A stretch of DNA of 64,000 nt, from positions 1 to 64,000 of the forward strand of contig JBLWGC010000081.1 of assembly GCA_048772705.1 (NCBI GenBank), read 5' to 3'. Below, in pieces: positions 43,375 through 55,501 of this stretch (position 1 is its first letter; the number at the start of each line of letters is the position of its first letter). Made by a program: the position numbers and the translations under genes. The notes below the pieces were generated by a model, which saw only the letters and a program-made list of their open reading frames with translations, was not told the origin of the DNA and did no database searches. The DNA is from Leidyana gryllorum EB-2025a. Lineage: Eukaryota > Protista > Apicomplexa.

Positions 43375-43446
43375 GGGTACGTAACTCAGTAGTAGAGCAG
43401 CTGACTGCAGATCAGCAAGTCCGTGGTTCAACTCCGCGCGTGCCCT
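43375..43446 (+). tRNA. trnC: tRNA-Cys(GCA), D-arm mutated
   Basis: Cys body. Confidence 0.75.
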
Positions 43447-44003
43447 GAAGATGACCTGAAGGTTTGAGAATGTTGAAAATCCATCCCTGCCCACATACCA
43501 ATGAGCCTGGAAGTCGGTGGACAATTTTGGGTCTATTGCGCAACGGTAGCGCGCCCAATTCCAGATCGGAAGGTGGCAATATTATGAGTTAGTCGGCGGT
43601 GCCAATTCCGACCGTGGGAGTGTGAGAGGATCGACTTGCATCTGACTGTAGTGCTGGCATCAGATAGTCGGCGGTTCGATTCCGTCCCACCGGAAGTAGA
43701 GGGTCATTGGCAAACTACTACTCAACCTGATGAGCGTTGATAGGCCAACTAGACTACTCCGACGAGAATTCCATCTATGTAGTTCGGATGGGCTGGGAAT
43801 CGATCCCAGAACCCTTCGTATACTAAGCTACCTTTTCATCATCTGGGCTAGCCTCCCTCTATGCCTACCTCATGGCATTGAGTGATACTTCACATAGTGA
43901 TACGAGTCTCTCGACTGTACCCAGCGGGTTGAACCATTTGGTCTAGCGGGTTCGATTCCCAGCCCGTCTGATAGTTGTTGACGCTACACGGCACCATTCG
44001 CCC

Positions 44004-44076
44004 AGACGCTACTGGGACTCGAACCCAGAATCCCCGGTTCCGTAGACCGATGCCATATCCATTAGGCCATAGCGCC
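44004..44076 (-). tRNA. trnR: tRNA-Arg(ACG)
   Basis: Consensus. Confidence 0.92.
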
Positions 44077-44694
44077 GACTAACGGAGCCGTCAAATGGAA
44101 GTGTGTAGCGATCAAGAGAGGACATGGGCAGCTACGCCCGATCGTGGGTTTGGACAGACTTCACTTACATCTCCCATTCGAGACATCGGGGACATACTAT
44201 CCAAGCCAGGATTCGGGCCTGGGTATGCACGGCCACAACTTGCTGTTGTAAGCACTCGACCCGGACAATCTTCAAGTGAGGCTGGTATGTCGGCGTGACC
44301 AAGTGAGTGGATCTCTGATACAAATTCGGACTTAGTAACCAATTCCATTTGTATTGATCGTGGAATCCTGTGCCTTCCTCGGGTACGGGGCGAGCTTCCT
44401 TGCCGCCCCAACTCCGTCGGTAGAGCGCAAGACTTTTGAAGGGAGAACCGCGGGTTCGGGCGGCGCGAGCAGTCCTAGTAAAGCTCGCTGAATCGTATGT
44501 GAAGCCACTGGCCGCAAAATGCCAAGTTCGACAGCGGCAACTTGCCCGAGTGGTTAAGGGGAGAAGATTTGATCTCTACAGGGCCTGGGCCGGGCTGGTG
44601 CAGATCCAGCAGTTGTCGTGCGATGTGATCGGAGGGGTCAGACACCAACTCAAGCGTGAATCCCTGGAATGGTGGGAAAAGCAACTGTGTCTTC

Positions 44695-44765
44695 TGCATC
44701 TGCCGGGAATCGAACCCGGGTCGTCTCGATGGCAACGAGACATTCTACCACTAGACCACAGATGC
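44695..44765 (-). tRNA. trnG: tRNA-Gly(GCC)
   Basis: Consensus. Confidence 0.93.
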
Positions 44766-44885
44766 ATAATATCTTGTTGAGCTAGTCGCCCGCTGTGCAG
44801 ACCTCATAGCATTCCGTGGTTTTCGCCCCTCATCAGATACCTGTTTCCAGAGACACACGCCCCTTTCTCAGTCCGAAAGCTCCGC

Positions 44886-44958
44886 GCAGCCATGGTCTAG
44901 TGGTTACGACGTCTGCTTCACACGCAGAAGGTCCCGAGTTCGATCCTCGGTGGCTGTA
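44886..44958 (+). tRNA. trnV: tRNA-Val(CAC)
   Basis: Consensus. Confidence 0.92.
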
Positions 44959-45176
44959 GCTCGAAACTTTATCTGAGCACCACGAAATCTGAAGCGGAAA
45001 AACGAACTGTGCTCCGAGACCTGGAATCGACCCTGGTCTTCCGCGTGATAGGCGGAAATCCTAACCGCTATACTATCTCGGACGCTCTGGATACGCCGGC
45101 CTCCAACCCCAGAAGTTCTTCCATTTTGAGATTCCACGGATAGAAAACGCGTGGGGCGGCGAGCCAACAACATTTC

Positions 45177-45256
45177 GGCAAGATGGCCGAGTGGTCCAAG
45201 GCGCTGTGTTCAGGCCGCAGTCCGAAAGGGCGTGGGTTCGAATCCCACTCTTGTCA
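45177..45256 (+). tRNA. trnL: tRNA-Leu(CAG)
   Basis: Consensus. Confidence 0.9.
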
Positions 45257-45388
45257 GGCGTTGTAGTCAGGACAACCTGCGACTTCATCCCAGCATGCCC
45301 CCACGATGCGCGCGGGACAGCCCGCCGTGCACGTGGCACCCGGCTAACTTTTGTCGATACAACTGCCACATGATTCTCCAGCTAAGTT

Positions 45389-45460
45389 GCCTTCTTAGCT
45401 TAGGGGCAGAGCGTTCGCTTCGTAAGCGAGAAGTCGCCGGTTCGATTCCGGCAGAAGGCT
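45389..45460 (+). tRNA. trnT: tRNA-Thr(CGT)
   Basis: Cloverleaf. Confidence 0.88.
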
Positions 45461-45641
45461 TTGATGCATCGATAAGCTTATGAGGAATGGCTGTCACCAC
45501 GTACAAGATTCACCAAATCGTGTTCTGCATCTGTGGTCTAGTGGAAGAGTCGCTCGCTGCCATCGAGATAACCCGTGTGCGATTCCTGACGGATGCAGAA
45601 TGATAGCATGATGAGTTTGTCGGCGGTTTCGATTCTGACCG

Positions 45642-45714
45642 TGGGAGTGGAGAGGATCGAACTCTCGACTTCAGGATTATCAGACCTACGCGCTACCGAC
45701 TGCGCTACACTCCC
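45642..45714 (-). tRNA. Elongator-Met-body tRNA with GAT anticodon
   Basis: Intact Met body, loop CT-GAT-AA. Confidence 0.72.
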
Positions 45715-45950
45715 CCTCCGACTTTCTCCGAGGAATCACCTGAACCCAGAACCATGCTGCCAGGCAGGTTGGGAAAAGATACAACAAAGTGGGCTGTTCT
45801 AAGAATGGAACCTAGGACTTCTTCCACCCGACGGAAGTATCATACCACTACACCAAACAGCCGCCTGTCGTTCGTGCAACCCGCTGAAGACAGTTTAAAA
45901 AGTGGTCATCCTATGTTGAGAACCAACAAATGCGATGGGGTCTGCACCAC

Positions 45951-46023
45951 GGGCGACTAGCTCAAATGGTAGAGCGCTCGCTTAGCATGCGGGAGGTACT
46001 GGGATCGATGCCCAGGTCGTCCA
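45951..46023 (+). tRNA. trnA: tRNA-Ala(AGC)
   Basis: Ala body. Confidence 0.86.
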
Positions 46024-46813
46024 AAGTAGGTACGGCTGCACGTGGCCGCCTTCAGACCCATCGCTACCATCTTTGAAGAGTCGCGAACCACAAGTGCCAT
46101 TGGGAGAGCACCGCACTCAATGTCTAGGGTGCATCTGAAGCCGGTTCTGTTAGGTTCCGGACCTCCGAGTTTGTCATCAAAAGCCACACGCTTTGCCACT
46201 GAGCTACAAGACGCCTTACAATGTTTCTGAGCTTAGTGGAGAGACCCTCCACTTTCTACTGCAACCTTTTTGTTGTAGGTTGACCCGACGGACCACGTCT
46301 TGTTAAGAGGGTACGGTTCTCATCCGAAACCTCAATTGGGGAACTTGCCGACTGTAGTCTAAGTGGCTAGGACAAGCGGCTCTCACTCGCACGATCCGGG
46401 TTCAAGTCCCGGCAGTGGAAGTCCTTGCACTACTCGAGCAAAGTGGTCCAGTAATCTCCGTCAATAGAGACTGTTTCGTGATCTTCGGCTTGCATTGCCT
46501 TCTTAGCTTAGGGGCAGAGCATTCCCTTAGTAAGCGAAAGGTCGCCGGTTCGATTCCGGCAGAAGGCTTTGGTCACGAGCCGATCTATTCTAGACTGTTT
46601 CCCTTTTGCGCACACTTAGCAGTGAGTCGTTTCGATCGACTGACCTTTGGGTTGTGAGCCCAACACTCTTCCGCTGAGCTGCACTGCTTAGTCTGCAACA
46701 TGGAAGAGGTAGCCGAAATGCAATTCTTGAGATGTTAATTGCCTTGAGTGTCGACGCGGTGGCTGTGTTACTTCTAAAACTGCTTATCCCATCGGGTCAA
46801 CCGACAACCCAGA

Positions 46814-46885
46814 GGGCTGTTCTGGGAATCGAACCCAGGACTCCTTCCACCCTAAGGAAGGATCATACCACTAGACCAAACAGCC
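46814..46885 (-). tRNA. trnP: tRNA-Pro(AGG)
   Basis: Consensus. Confidence 0.92.
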
Positions 46886-47300
46886 GCCTGTCGGTCGTGC
46901 AACCCGCTGGGTACACTCGAGAGAGTGGTCATACTATGTGAAGTACCACTAAATGCGATGGGGTCTGCACAGCGGGGGACTAGCTCAAATGGTGAAGCGC
47001 TCCCTTAGCGTGCAAGAGGTACTGGGATCAATGCCCAGGTCGTCCAAAGTTTGTAGTGCTGCAACTGGCGCTATTTGACTACAGTTGAGAGCTTTGAGGG
47101 TGCCCTGTAGCCCTTGGATAGACTTTGTAGGGTGCCTGAGACCGCGGACCTGCGACTTAGTATTGAACAATCACACGCTTTGCCCACTGCGCTAGAAGAG
47201 CCAGTTGAATATTTTGGAGGTTAGTAGAGAAACCCGTTTTGCATGTGTGGGGAAGCTCTAGTCCGGATGGCTCTATCAACTCTTTGAGAAGGGCTAAATC

Positions 47301-47372
47301 GGTTGCGTGGTGTAGTGGTTAGCACTGGAGACTCCAAATCTCCCGACTTAGGATCGATTCCCGGCGCGACCT
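47301..47372 (+). pseudogene. Gln-body tRNA with CCA anticodon
   Basis: GGAGA-CT-CCA-AA-TCTCC; damaged T arm. Confidence 0.72.
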
Positions 47373-47435
47373 CAGAACTAGTCCTCACTCTTTCGTGAAA
47401 CCTCGCCACTTCTCTTGGTCTGCGGGACCTTCACT

Positions 47436-47508
47436 GCAGCCATGGTCTAGTGGTCACGACGTCTGCTTAACACGCAGAAGGTCCCGAGTTCGATCCTCGG
47501 TGGCTGTA
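47436..47508 (+). tRNA. trnV: tRNA-Val(AAC)
   Basis: Cloverleaf. Confidence 0.9.
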
Positions 47509-47826
47509 ACTCGCATTTTTGCAGGTGAGCACCACGAAATCTAAAGCGGAAAAACTAAGTGTCTCCGACACCGGGATTCGTACGCGGGTCTTCCGAGTGA
47601 CAGGCGGAAATACTAAGCACTATACTATCTCGGACGCTCGTGGAGACCCCGGCCTTCAACCCCAAAAGTCTTTCTATTTTGGCTCACGGACAAAAAACCG
47701 GTGGAGCGATGAACCAACAACACTGTGGCAAGATGGCCGAGTTGTCTAAGGCGCTGTGCTCAGACCGCAGTCCGAAAGGGCGAGGATCTGGGGTTGAGCC
47801 GTTCGAACCCCAGAGCAGTTGGACGG

Positions 47827-47906
47827 CCGGGGGTAGCTCAGTTGGTAGAGCATCTGACTGTAGTGCTGGCATCAGATAGTCGGCGGTTCGATTCCGTCCC
47901 ACCGGA
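47827..47906 (+). tRNA. trnY: tRNA-Tyr(GTA) with 7-nt intron
   Basis: Same as other Tyr copies. Confidence 0.88.
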
Positions 47907-48173
47907 AGTAGCGTGGTGATTGGCAAAGTACTACTCAACCTGATGGTTTTGGCAGACAGCGTTGATAGGCCAACTAGACTACTCCGGCGAGGGTTCCATC
48001 TATGTAGTTCGGATGCGCTGAGAATCGATCCCAGAACCTTTCATATACTAAGCACCGTTTCATCATCATCTGGGCTAGCCTCCCTCTGTGCCTACCTCAT
48101 GGCATTGAGTAATACTTCACATAGTGAGACGAGTCTCTCGACTGTACCCAGCGGGTTGAACCACCAGCTAGGC

Positions 48174-48245
48174 GGCTGTTTGGTCTAGTGGTATGATTCT
48201 TCCTTCGGGTGGAAGAAGTCCTGGGTTCGATTCCCAGAACAGCCC
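48174..48245 (+). tRNA. trnP: tRNA-Pro(CGG)
   Basis: Consensus. Confidence 0.92.
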
Positions 48246-48358
48246 GTCTGATAGTCGTTGACGCAACACGGCACTCGACCCATCCCGGACAATGTCCCTG
48301 ACAGCTAAGACAGGATCTGAGTTGTTGACTCAACAGGCTGCAACCCGGCCATTCGCTC

Positions 48359-48431
48359 AGACGCTACTGGGACTCGAACCCAGAATCCCCGGTTCCGTAG
48401 ACCGATGCCATATCCATTAGGCCATAGCGCC
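48359..48431 (-). tRNA. trnR: tRNA-Arg(ACG)
   Basis: Consensus. Confidence 0.92.
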
Positions 48432-48818
48432 GACTAACCGAGCCGTCAAATGAAAAGTGTGTAGCGATCAAGAGAGGAGGGCAGCTACGCCCGATCGTGG
48501 GCTCGGACAAACTTCACCTACATCTCCCACGAGACATCGGAGACATACTATCGAAGCCAGGATTTGGGCCTGGGTATGCACGGCCACAACTTGCTGTTGT
48601 GAGCACTAGACGACCCGGAGTGAGGCTGGTGGGTACCAAAGCCACTTTAGATGTCAAGCTATCGAGTTTTGTGTCCTTGGTTTCCTGCCGCCCAAGCTCA
48701 TCGGTAGAGCGCAAGACTCTTAATCTCGCAGTCGCGGGTTCGAGCCCCGCGGGCGGTGTGGATCTATTTCCCTGGAAGTAAGAATGGAACTGTTGCCTAC
48801 AAGCACACTCAGCTGGAT

Positions 48819-48891
48819 TTCCACTGCCGGGACTTGAACCCGGATCGTGCGGATGAGAGCCGCATATCCTAGCCACTCAGACTACAGTGGA
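48819..48891 (-). tRNA. trnE: tRNA-Glu(CTC)
   Basis: Glu body. Confidence 0.83.
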
Positions 48892-49191
48892 CAAATTCCA
48901 CAGTGGAGGTCAACAAGATGTGGTCCGTCGGGTCAACCTACAAAGGGGTTGCAGTAGAAAGTGGAGGGTCCCTCTACTAAGCTCTGCAACATTGTAAGGC
49001 GTCTTGTGAGCTCAGTCGGCAGAGCGTGTGGCTTTTGATGACAAGCTCGCAGGTCCGGAACCTAGCACAACCGGCTTCAGAGGCACCCTAGACATTGACT
49101 GCGGTGCTCTCCCAATGGCACTTGTGGTTCGCGACCCTTCAAAGATGACAACGATGGGTTTGAATCCGGCCACGTGCAGCTGTACGTACTT

Positions 49192-49264
49192 TGGACGACC
49201 TGGGTATCGATCCCAGTACCTCTCGCATGCTAAGCGAGCGCTCTACCATTTGAGCTAGCCGCCC
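49192..49264 (-). tRNA. trnA: tRNA-Ala(AGC)
   Basis: Mixed AGC/TGC-type features. Confidence 0.86.
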
Positions 49265-49497
49265 AGGCGCACAGATGAGAAGCTATTGCATCCAGTGGGT
49301 GACCAAACGCCCATACAACGGCTGACAAGAGTGGGATTCGAACCCACGCCCTTTCGGACTGCGGCCTGAACACAGCGTTTGAGACCACTAGGCCACCTTT
49401 CCGGAATGTTGTTGACTCGCCCTTCCACGCGTTTCCTGTACTTGGAATCTCAAAATGGAAGGTCTTCCGGGGTTGGAGGCCGGGGTATTAACGAGCG

Positions 49498-49569
49498 TCC
49501 GAGATAGTATAGTGGTGAGTATTTCCGCCTGTCACGCGGAAGACCCGGGTTCGATTCCCGGTCTCGGAG
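49498..49569 (+). tRNA. trnD: tRNA-Asp(GTC)
   Basis: Consensus. Confidence 0.92.
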
Positions 49570-49627
49570 CACACTTAGTTGGTTTCGCTTAGATTCTCCC
49601 CTTTGGTTCCCGCTGAAAGTTGCGAGC

Positions 49628-49700
49628 TACAGCCACTTGGGATCGAACTCGGAACCTTCTGCGTGTTAAGCAGACGTCGTAACCACTAGACCATGACTGC
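49628..49700 (-). tRNA. trnV: tRNA-Val(AAC), diverged
   Basis: Val body. Confidence 0.7.
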
Positions 49701-50270
49701 GCGAAAGCTTTGCGGGAACCAAGAGAAGTTGCGAAGTTTCAAGAAGTAGAACTAGTTGCGAGGTCGCGCCGGGAATCGAACCCAGCTCGGGAGATCCAAA
49801 GCTTCCAGTGCTAACCATTCACGACCAAGAATTAAAAGAGTGTATGAAGTCATTGGGATTGGAAATGAATGCGTTCAGAGCTGGTACCCACCCGATCGTT
49901 GGCGTGGCAGGCGGAAATATAACTTTGATACCATGTCGGAGGCACGCCCCAACCTCAGAGCCCAGCTTTTCCATTCTCTAGCTTCAACAGACAGCGAACG
50001 CTTGGAGTAGCGGGACAGGAACCGAGCTGATAAGATGGCTGAGGGGTCCAAGGCGCTGCATGCAAGTCGCAGTTCGAAAGGGCGTGGGTCCAAATCCCAC
50101 TCTTGTCAGGTTGAGCCTGACACGGGAAAAACAAAAGAGTCTGATTGAGCCCATAGTGATTCGAAAACCCAACCTTCTGATCTGGAGTCAGACGCGGTAC
50201 GTTGGCCATAGACCCAAAACCATCCCCCGCTCCAGACTCATTACTTGGTGGTCAGGAATGGAGGTGTTAC

Positions 50271-50341
50271 GCATATGTGGTCTAGTGGTAGAATGTCTCG
50301 TTGCCATCGAGACGACCCGGGTTCGATTCCCGGCAGATGCA
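50271..50341 (+). tRNA. trnG: tRNA-Gly(GCC)
   Basis: One acceptor mismatch. Confidence 0.85.
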
Positions 50342-50410
50342 GAGGACACATTGTTGTTTTTTCCAGAAATTCATGTGTCAGTTGGTGTTTACCTCTCCAA
50401 CCACATCGCA

Positions 50411-50492
50411 GGACAACTGCTGGATTTGAACCAGCGCGGGCCAGGCCCAGTAGATTTCTAGTCTACCCCCTTAACCACTCGGGCAAGTTGCC
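50411..50492 (-). tRNA. trnS: tRNA-Ser(AGA)
   Basis: Ser body. Confidence 0.85.
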
Positions 50493-50781
50493 GCTGTCGA
50501 ACTTGGCATTTTGCAGCCAGTGGCTTCGCATACGGTTCAGCACTGCTCGCGCCGGCACGAACCCGCCGTTCTCCCATCAAACGTCTTGCGCGCCACCGAC
50601 GGAGTTGGGGCGGCAAGGAAGCTCGCCCTGTACCTGGGGAAGGCCCAAGATCCCATGATCAATACAAATGGAATTGGTTACTAAGTCCGAATCTGTATCA
50701 GAGATCCACTCACTTGACCACGCCGACATTCCTTTTCCAAGACGGTACGGCTCTCGGCCGAAGCCCCAACTCAACCACTCG

Positions 50782-50854
50782 TCCACTGTAGTCTAAGTGG
50801 CTAGGATATGCGGCTTTCACCCGCACGATCCGGGTTCAAGTCTCGGCAGTGGAA
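50782..50854 (+). tRNA. trnE: tRNA-Glu(TTC)
   Basis: Glu body. Confidence 0.88.
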
Positions 50855-51304
50855 GTCATTGAACTACTCTAGCAAAGTGCTCCACTAATCTCCGTCAATA
50901 GCGATTGTTTCGTCATCTCCGGCTTCCATTGGCTTCTTAGTTTAGGGGCAGAGCGTTCGCTCCGTAAGCGAGAAGTCGCCGGTTCGATTCCGGCTGAAGG
51001 CTCGACTGCATCGACTGGGCACCGGCAAGCTGCTCGCAAACTCCAATAATCGTAGCTCAGCCATCAGAGGTAAGTCTCTCAGCCACGAATCGCAGGTTTG
51101 GAACCTGCCAGTACCTGAGGCACCCATAGGGGGCTGTTTGGTCTAATTATATGATTCTTTCTTCGGCTGGAAGAAGTCCTGGGTTCAATGCCACGTCTCT
51201 CCAAGGTCGGCTACTATACGCGGCTCCCACTCGTACAATCCCGAATGAAGTCCAGGCCAGCTGAGACAAAATCTGAGTTGCACCAGTTGTGAGGGCTGGA
51301 ACTG

Positions 51305-51376
51305 CTCCGAGACCGGGAATCGAACCCGGGTCTTCCGCGTGACAGGCGGAAATACTGACCACTATACTATCTCGGA
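51305..51376 (-). tRNA. trnD: tRNA-Asp(GTC)
   Basis: Consensus. Confidence 0.9.
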
Positions 51377-51538
51377 CGCTAGTAAACACGCCGGCCTCCA
51401 ACCCCAGAACTCCTCGCATTTTGAGATTTCACCGACAGGAAACGGGTAACACTTCGGCAAGATGGCCGAGTGCTGTGTGCAAGCCGCCGTCCGAAAATGC
51501 GGGCGGATGATCGCAACCATGTTTAGGCTAATGACTGA

Positions 51539-51610
51539 AGCCTCCTGCCGGAATCGAACCAGGGGCCTTTCGCTTACAAAGCGAATGCTCTGCCCCTAAG
51601 CTTAGGAGGC
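51539..51610 (-). tRNA. trnT: tRNA-Thr(TGT)
   Basis: GCCTCCT/AGGAGGC acceptor, loop TT-TGT-AA; T stem diverged. Confidence 0.75.
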
Positions 51611-51872
51611 ATTCCCTGTCTCGACCCATATGAGTTTTTGATGCTGGGAGTTGCATCATTTCCACCACATCGCACGACAACTGCTGGATTTGAACCAGCG
51701 CGAGCCAGGCCCAGTAGATTTCGAGTCTACCCCTTAACCACTCGGGCAAGTTGCCAACGGTCGAACTCGGCATGCCGCAGACAGTGGCTCCACATACGGT
51801 TCACACTTGATGTCCCTGAGATAGATTCGAATGCGAGTGACGCGGTGGCACCGCGGTGGCATGGCGGTGATC

Positions 51873-51946
51873 GCTCTCCTAGCTCAGCTGCTTAGAGCAT
51901 CGGCCTTGTGTGCCGGGAGTCGAGAGTTCGATCCCCTCGGGGAGCA
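51873..51946 (+). pseudogene. Ile(TAT)-body tRNA with TGT anticodon
   Basis: Paralog of 6421-6494. Confidence 0.7.
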
Positions 51947-52390
51947 AATCGATCCAATGACAGCCGACGACCACCGAGTGCATAGGAGGAGACCTCTGCG
52001 AGTAAATTCTATAAGTGTATCCTCCTGCGGACACTCGACAGTGCGTCGTGCCGTTGGACGGACCTTGCAGTCGTAAGCCCAACACTCTGGCACTGAGTTC
52101 CACTACTTGAGCGTCGGATATCATAAAGGAAGCGGAAATGTGTTTCTTGAGATTCGGAGTGATTTGACACACCATGAGTGCCGTAGCGGCTGTTTGGTTT
52201 GAAGGTATTATTCTTCCTTGCTTAGAAGAACATCGCAACTGAGTCTTGTAGCTCAGTCGGCAAAGCGTGTGGCTGTTCACACAAAGTCGCAGATTCGAAG
52301 CCTGGCAGTACCGGGATCTGCGGTATTCGACTCTCTCATAGAGGTTGGAACTCTGTATTCAAATACCAGCAGGTGCCGCCGTACGGAGTT

Positions 52391-52463
52391 TGGACGACCT
52401 GGGTATCGATCCCAGTACCTCTCGCATGCTAAGCGAGCGCTCTACCATTTGAGCTAGTCGCCC
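52391..52463 (-). tRNA. trnA: tRNA-Ala(AGC)
   Basis: Consensus. Confidence 0.9.
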
Positions 52464-52828
52464 GTTGTGCAGACCCCATCGATTTTTTTGTTCTCAACAT
52501 CGTATGACCACTCTCTCGACTGTACTCAGCGGGTTGCTCGACCGACAGCCGACTGTTTGGTCTAGTGGTATGATTCTTCCTTCGGGTGGAAGAAGTCCTG
52601 GGTTCGATTCCCAGAACAGCCCCGTTGGTTGTCGGTTGACCCGACGCTCTATCTCATCTCAAGATGGTACGGCTCTCGGCTAAAGCTGCAGCTGAGGAAG
52701 GTGTCCACTGTAGTCTAAGTGGCTAGGTTATGCGGCTCTCACCCGCACGATCCGGCTCCAAGTCCCGGCAGTGGAGAGTGTGCTTGCAGGCAACAGTTCC
52801 ATTCTTACTTCCAGGGGATATAGATCCA

Positions 52829-52901
52829 CACCGCCCGCAGGGCTCGAACCCGCGACTGCAAGATTAAGAGTCTTGCGCTCTACCGACTGAGCTAGGGCGG
52901 C
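52829..52901 (-). tRNA. trnK: tRNA-Lys(CTT)
   Basis: Lys body. Confidence 0.86.
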
Positions 52902-53194
52902 AGGAAAACAAGGACACAAAACCCGATAGCCTGACATTTAAAGTGGCTTTGGTACCCACCAGCCTCACATAGTGAGACGAGTCTCTCGACTGTACCCAGC
53001 GGGTTGAACCACCGACAAGGTGGCGGTTTGGTCTAGTGGTATGATTCTTCCTTCGGGTGGAAGAAGTCCTGGGTTCGATTCCCAGAACAGCCCGTCTGAT
53101 AGTTGTTGACGCAACACGGCACTCGACCCATCCCGAACAGCTAAGACAGGATCTGAGTTGTTGACTCAACAGGCTGCAACCCGGCCATCCCCCC

Positions 53195-53267
53195 AGACGC
53201 TACTGGGACTCGAACCCAGAATCCCCGGTTCCGTAGACCGATGCCATATCCATTAGGCCATAGCGCC
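53195..53267 (-). tRNA. trnR: tRNA-Arg(ACG)
   Basis: Consensus. Confidence 0.92.
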
Positions 53268-53535
53268 GACTAGCGGAGCCGTCAAATGGGAGTGTGTAGC
53301 GATAAAGACAGGAGATGGGCAGCTACGCCCGATGGTGGGTGTGGACACACTTCACCCACATCTCCCATTCGAGACATCGGGGACATACTATCCAAGCCAG
53401 GATTCGGGCCTGGGTATGCACGGCCACAACTTGCTGTTGAAAGCACCTAGACGACCCGGACAATCTTCAAGAGGCTGCTGGGTACCAAAGCCACTTAAGA
53501 TGTCGGGCCATCGGGTTTTGTGTCCTTGCATTCCT

Positions 53536-53608
53536 GCCGCCCTAGCTCAGTCGGTAGAGCGCAAGACTCTTAATCTTGCAGTCGCGGGTTCGAGCCCCGC
53601 GGGCGGTG
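53536..53608 (+). tRNA. trnK: tRNA-Lys(CTT)
   Basis: Consensus. Confidence 0.92.
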
Positions 53609-53657
53609 CAAATCAATGTCTCTGGAAGCCGTTACCTACAACCACACTCTGCTGGAT

Positions 53658-53730
53658 TTCCACTGCCGGGACTTGAACCCGGATCGTGCGGTTGAAAGCC
53701 GCATATCCTAGCCACTTAGACTACAGTGGA
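53658..53730 (-). tRNA. trnE: tRNA-Glu(TTC)
   Basis: Glu body. Confidence 0.86.
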
Positions 53731-54218
53731 CGACTGGTTGAGTTGGGGCTTCGGCCGAGAGCCGTACCGTCTTGGAAAACATGGTATGTCGGCGTGATCT
53801 CTGATACAGATTCGGACTTAGTAACCAATTCCATTTGTATTGATCGTGGAATCTTGGGCCTTCCTCGGGTACGGGGCGAGCTTCCTTGCCGCCCCAACTC
53901 AGTCAGTAGAGCGCAAGACTTTTGAAGGGAGATCCGCGGGTTTGGGCGGCGCGAGCAGTCCTAGTAAAGCTCGCTGAACCGTATGTGAAACCACTGGCCG
54001 CAAAATGCCAAGTGCGACAGCGGCAACTTGCCCGAGTGGTTAAGGGGGTAGACTAGAAATCTACTGGGCCTGGCCCGCGCTGGTTCAAATCCAGCAGTGT
54101 GCTGCGATCATCGGAGTAGGCGGCTGGGCTCAAAACACCAGCAGTACATGCTAGAGATTGCAGTGGCGACGCAGAGGCATCAAGTAAGTGAATAGGTGCC
54201 ATCTGTCGTCGCAGAAGT

Positions 54219-54292
54219 GGTCGCGTGGCTCAGTCGGTTAGAGCGTGAGCCTAATAAGCTCAAGATCCCCGGTTTGAGCCCGAGCGTGACCA
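54219..54292 (+). tRNA. trnI: tRNA-Ile(AAT), diverged
   Basis: Ile body. Confidence 0.72.
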
Positions 54293-54493
54293 AGTGAGTG
54301 GATATTTGATAAAGAGTTGCCAATACGAAAGGAACTTTTTACCAAGTCCAAGCTTCCTTGCCGCGCCAGCTCCGTCGGTAGAGCGCAATACTTTCAATGG
54401 AGAGACCGCGGGTTCGGACAGCGCGAGCGCTCCGAGTCAAGCTGCTGAACCGTATGTGAAGCCACTGCCTGCGGCATGCCGAGTTCTACCGTT

Positions 54494-54575
54494 GGCAACT
54501 TGCCCGAGTGGTTAAGGGGGTAGACTCGAAATCTACTGGGCCGGGCCGGCGCTGGTTCAAATCCAGCAGTTGTCG
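54494..54575 (+). tRNA. trnS: tRNA-Ser(CGA)
   Basis: Ser body. Confidence 0.87.
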
Positions 54576-54639
54576 TGCGATGTGATCGGAGAGTCCAGAA
54601 CCAACTCACGCATAAAACTCAACCATGTGCTATGTCCTC

Positions 54640-54710
54640 TGCATCTGCCGGGAATCGAACCCGGGTCGTCTCGATGGCAACGAGACATTCTACCACTAGA
54701 CCACAGATGC
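54640..54710 (-). tRNA. trnG: tRNA-Gly(GCC)
   Basis: Consensus. Confidence 0.93.
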
Positions 54711-54806
54711 GTAACATGTTGTTGTTAGAGCTCGTAAACAATAACGGCCGTTTTGCTGCGAATGAGAAGACAGGGGCAAGTTGAGCGAGTATAAGAGGCG
54801 CCTCGT

Positions 54807-54878
54807 GGGTACGTAACTCAGTAGTAGAGCAGCTGACTGCAGATCAGCAAGTCCGTGGTTCAACTCCGCGCGTGCCCT
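54807..54878 (+). tRNA. trnC: tRNA-Cys(GCA), D-arm mutated
   Basis: Copy of 43375-43446. Confidence 0.75.
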
Positions 54879-55428
54879 GAAGATGACCTGAAGGTTTGAG
54901 AATGTTGAAAATCCATCCCTGCCCACATACCAATGAGCCTGGAAGTCGGTGGACAATTTTGGGTCTATTGCGCAACGGTAGCGCGCCCAATTCCAGATCG
55001 GAAGGTGGCAATATTATGAGTTAGTCGGCGGTGCCGATTCCGACCGTGGGAGTGATCGACTTGCATCTGACTGTAGTGCTGGCATCAGATAGTCGGCGGT
55101 TCGATTCCGTCCCACCGGAAGTAGAGGGTCATTGCCAAACTACTACTCAACCTGATGAGCGTTGATAGGCCAACTAGACTACTCCGACGAGAATTCCATC
55201 TATGTAGTTCGGATGGGCTGGGAATCGATCCCAGAACCCTTCGTATACTAAGCTACCTTTTCATCATCTGGGCTAGCCTCCCTCTATGCCTACCTCATGG
55301 CATTGAGTGATACTTCACATAGTGATACGAGTCTCTCGACTGTACCCAGCGGGTTGAACCATTTGGTCTAGCGGGTTCGATTCCCAGCCCGTCTGATAGT
55401 TGTTGACGCTACACGGCACCATTCGCCC

Positions 55429-55501
55429 AGACGCTACTGGGACTCGAACCCAGAATCCCCGGTTCCGTAGACCGATGCCATATCCATTAGGCCATAGCGC
55501 C
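55429..55501 (-). tRNA. trnR: tRNA-Arg(ACG)
   Basis: Consensus. Confidence 0.92.

Larger units (their letters stand above)
43060..46020 (+). repeat. ~3-kb block directly repeated at ~54492-57780
   Basis: Colinear near-identical sequence including identical pseudogene lesions; second copy carries an extra ~340 bp. Confidence 0.88.
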
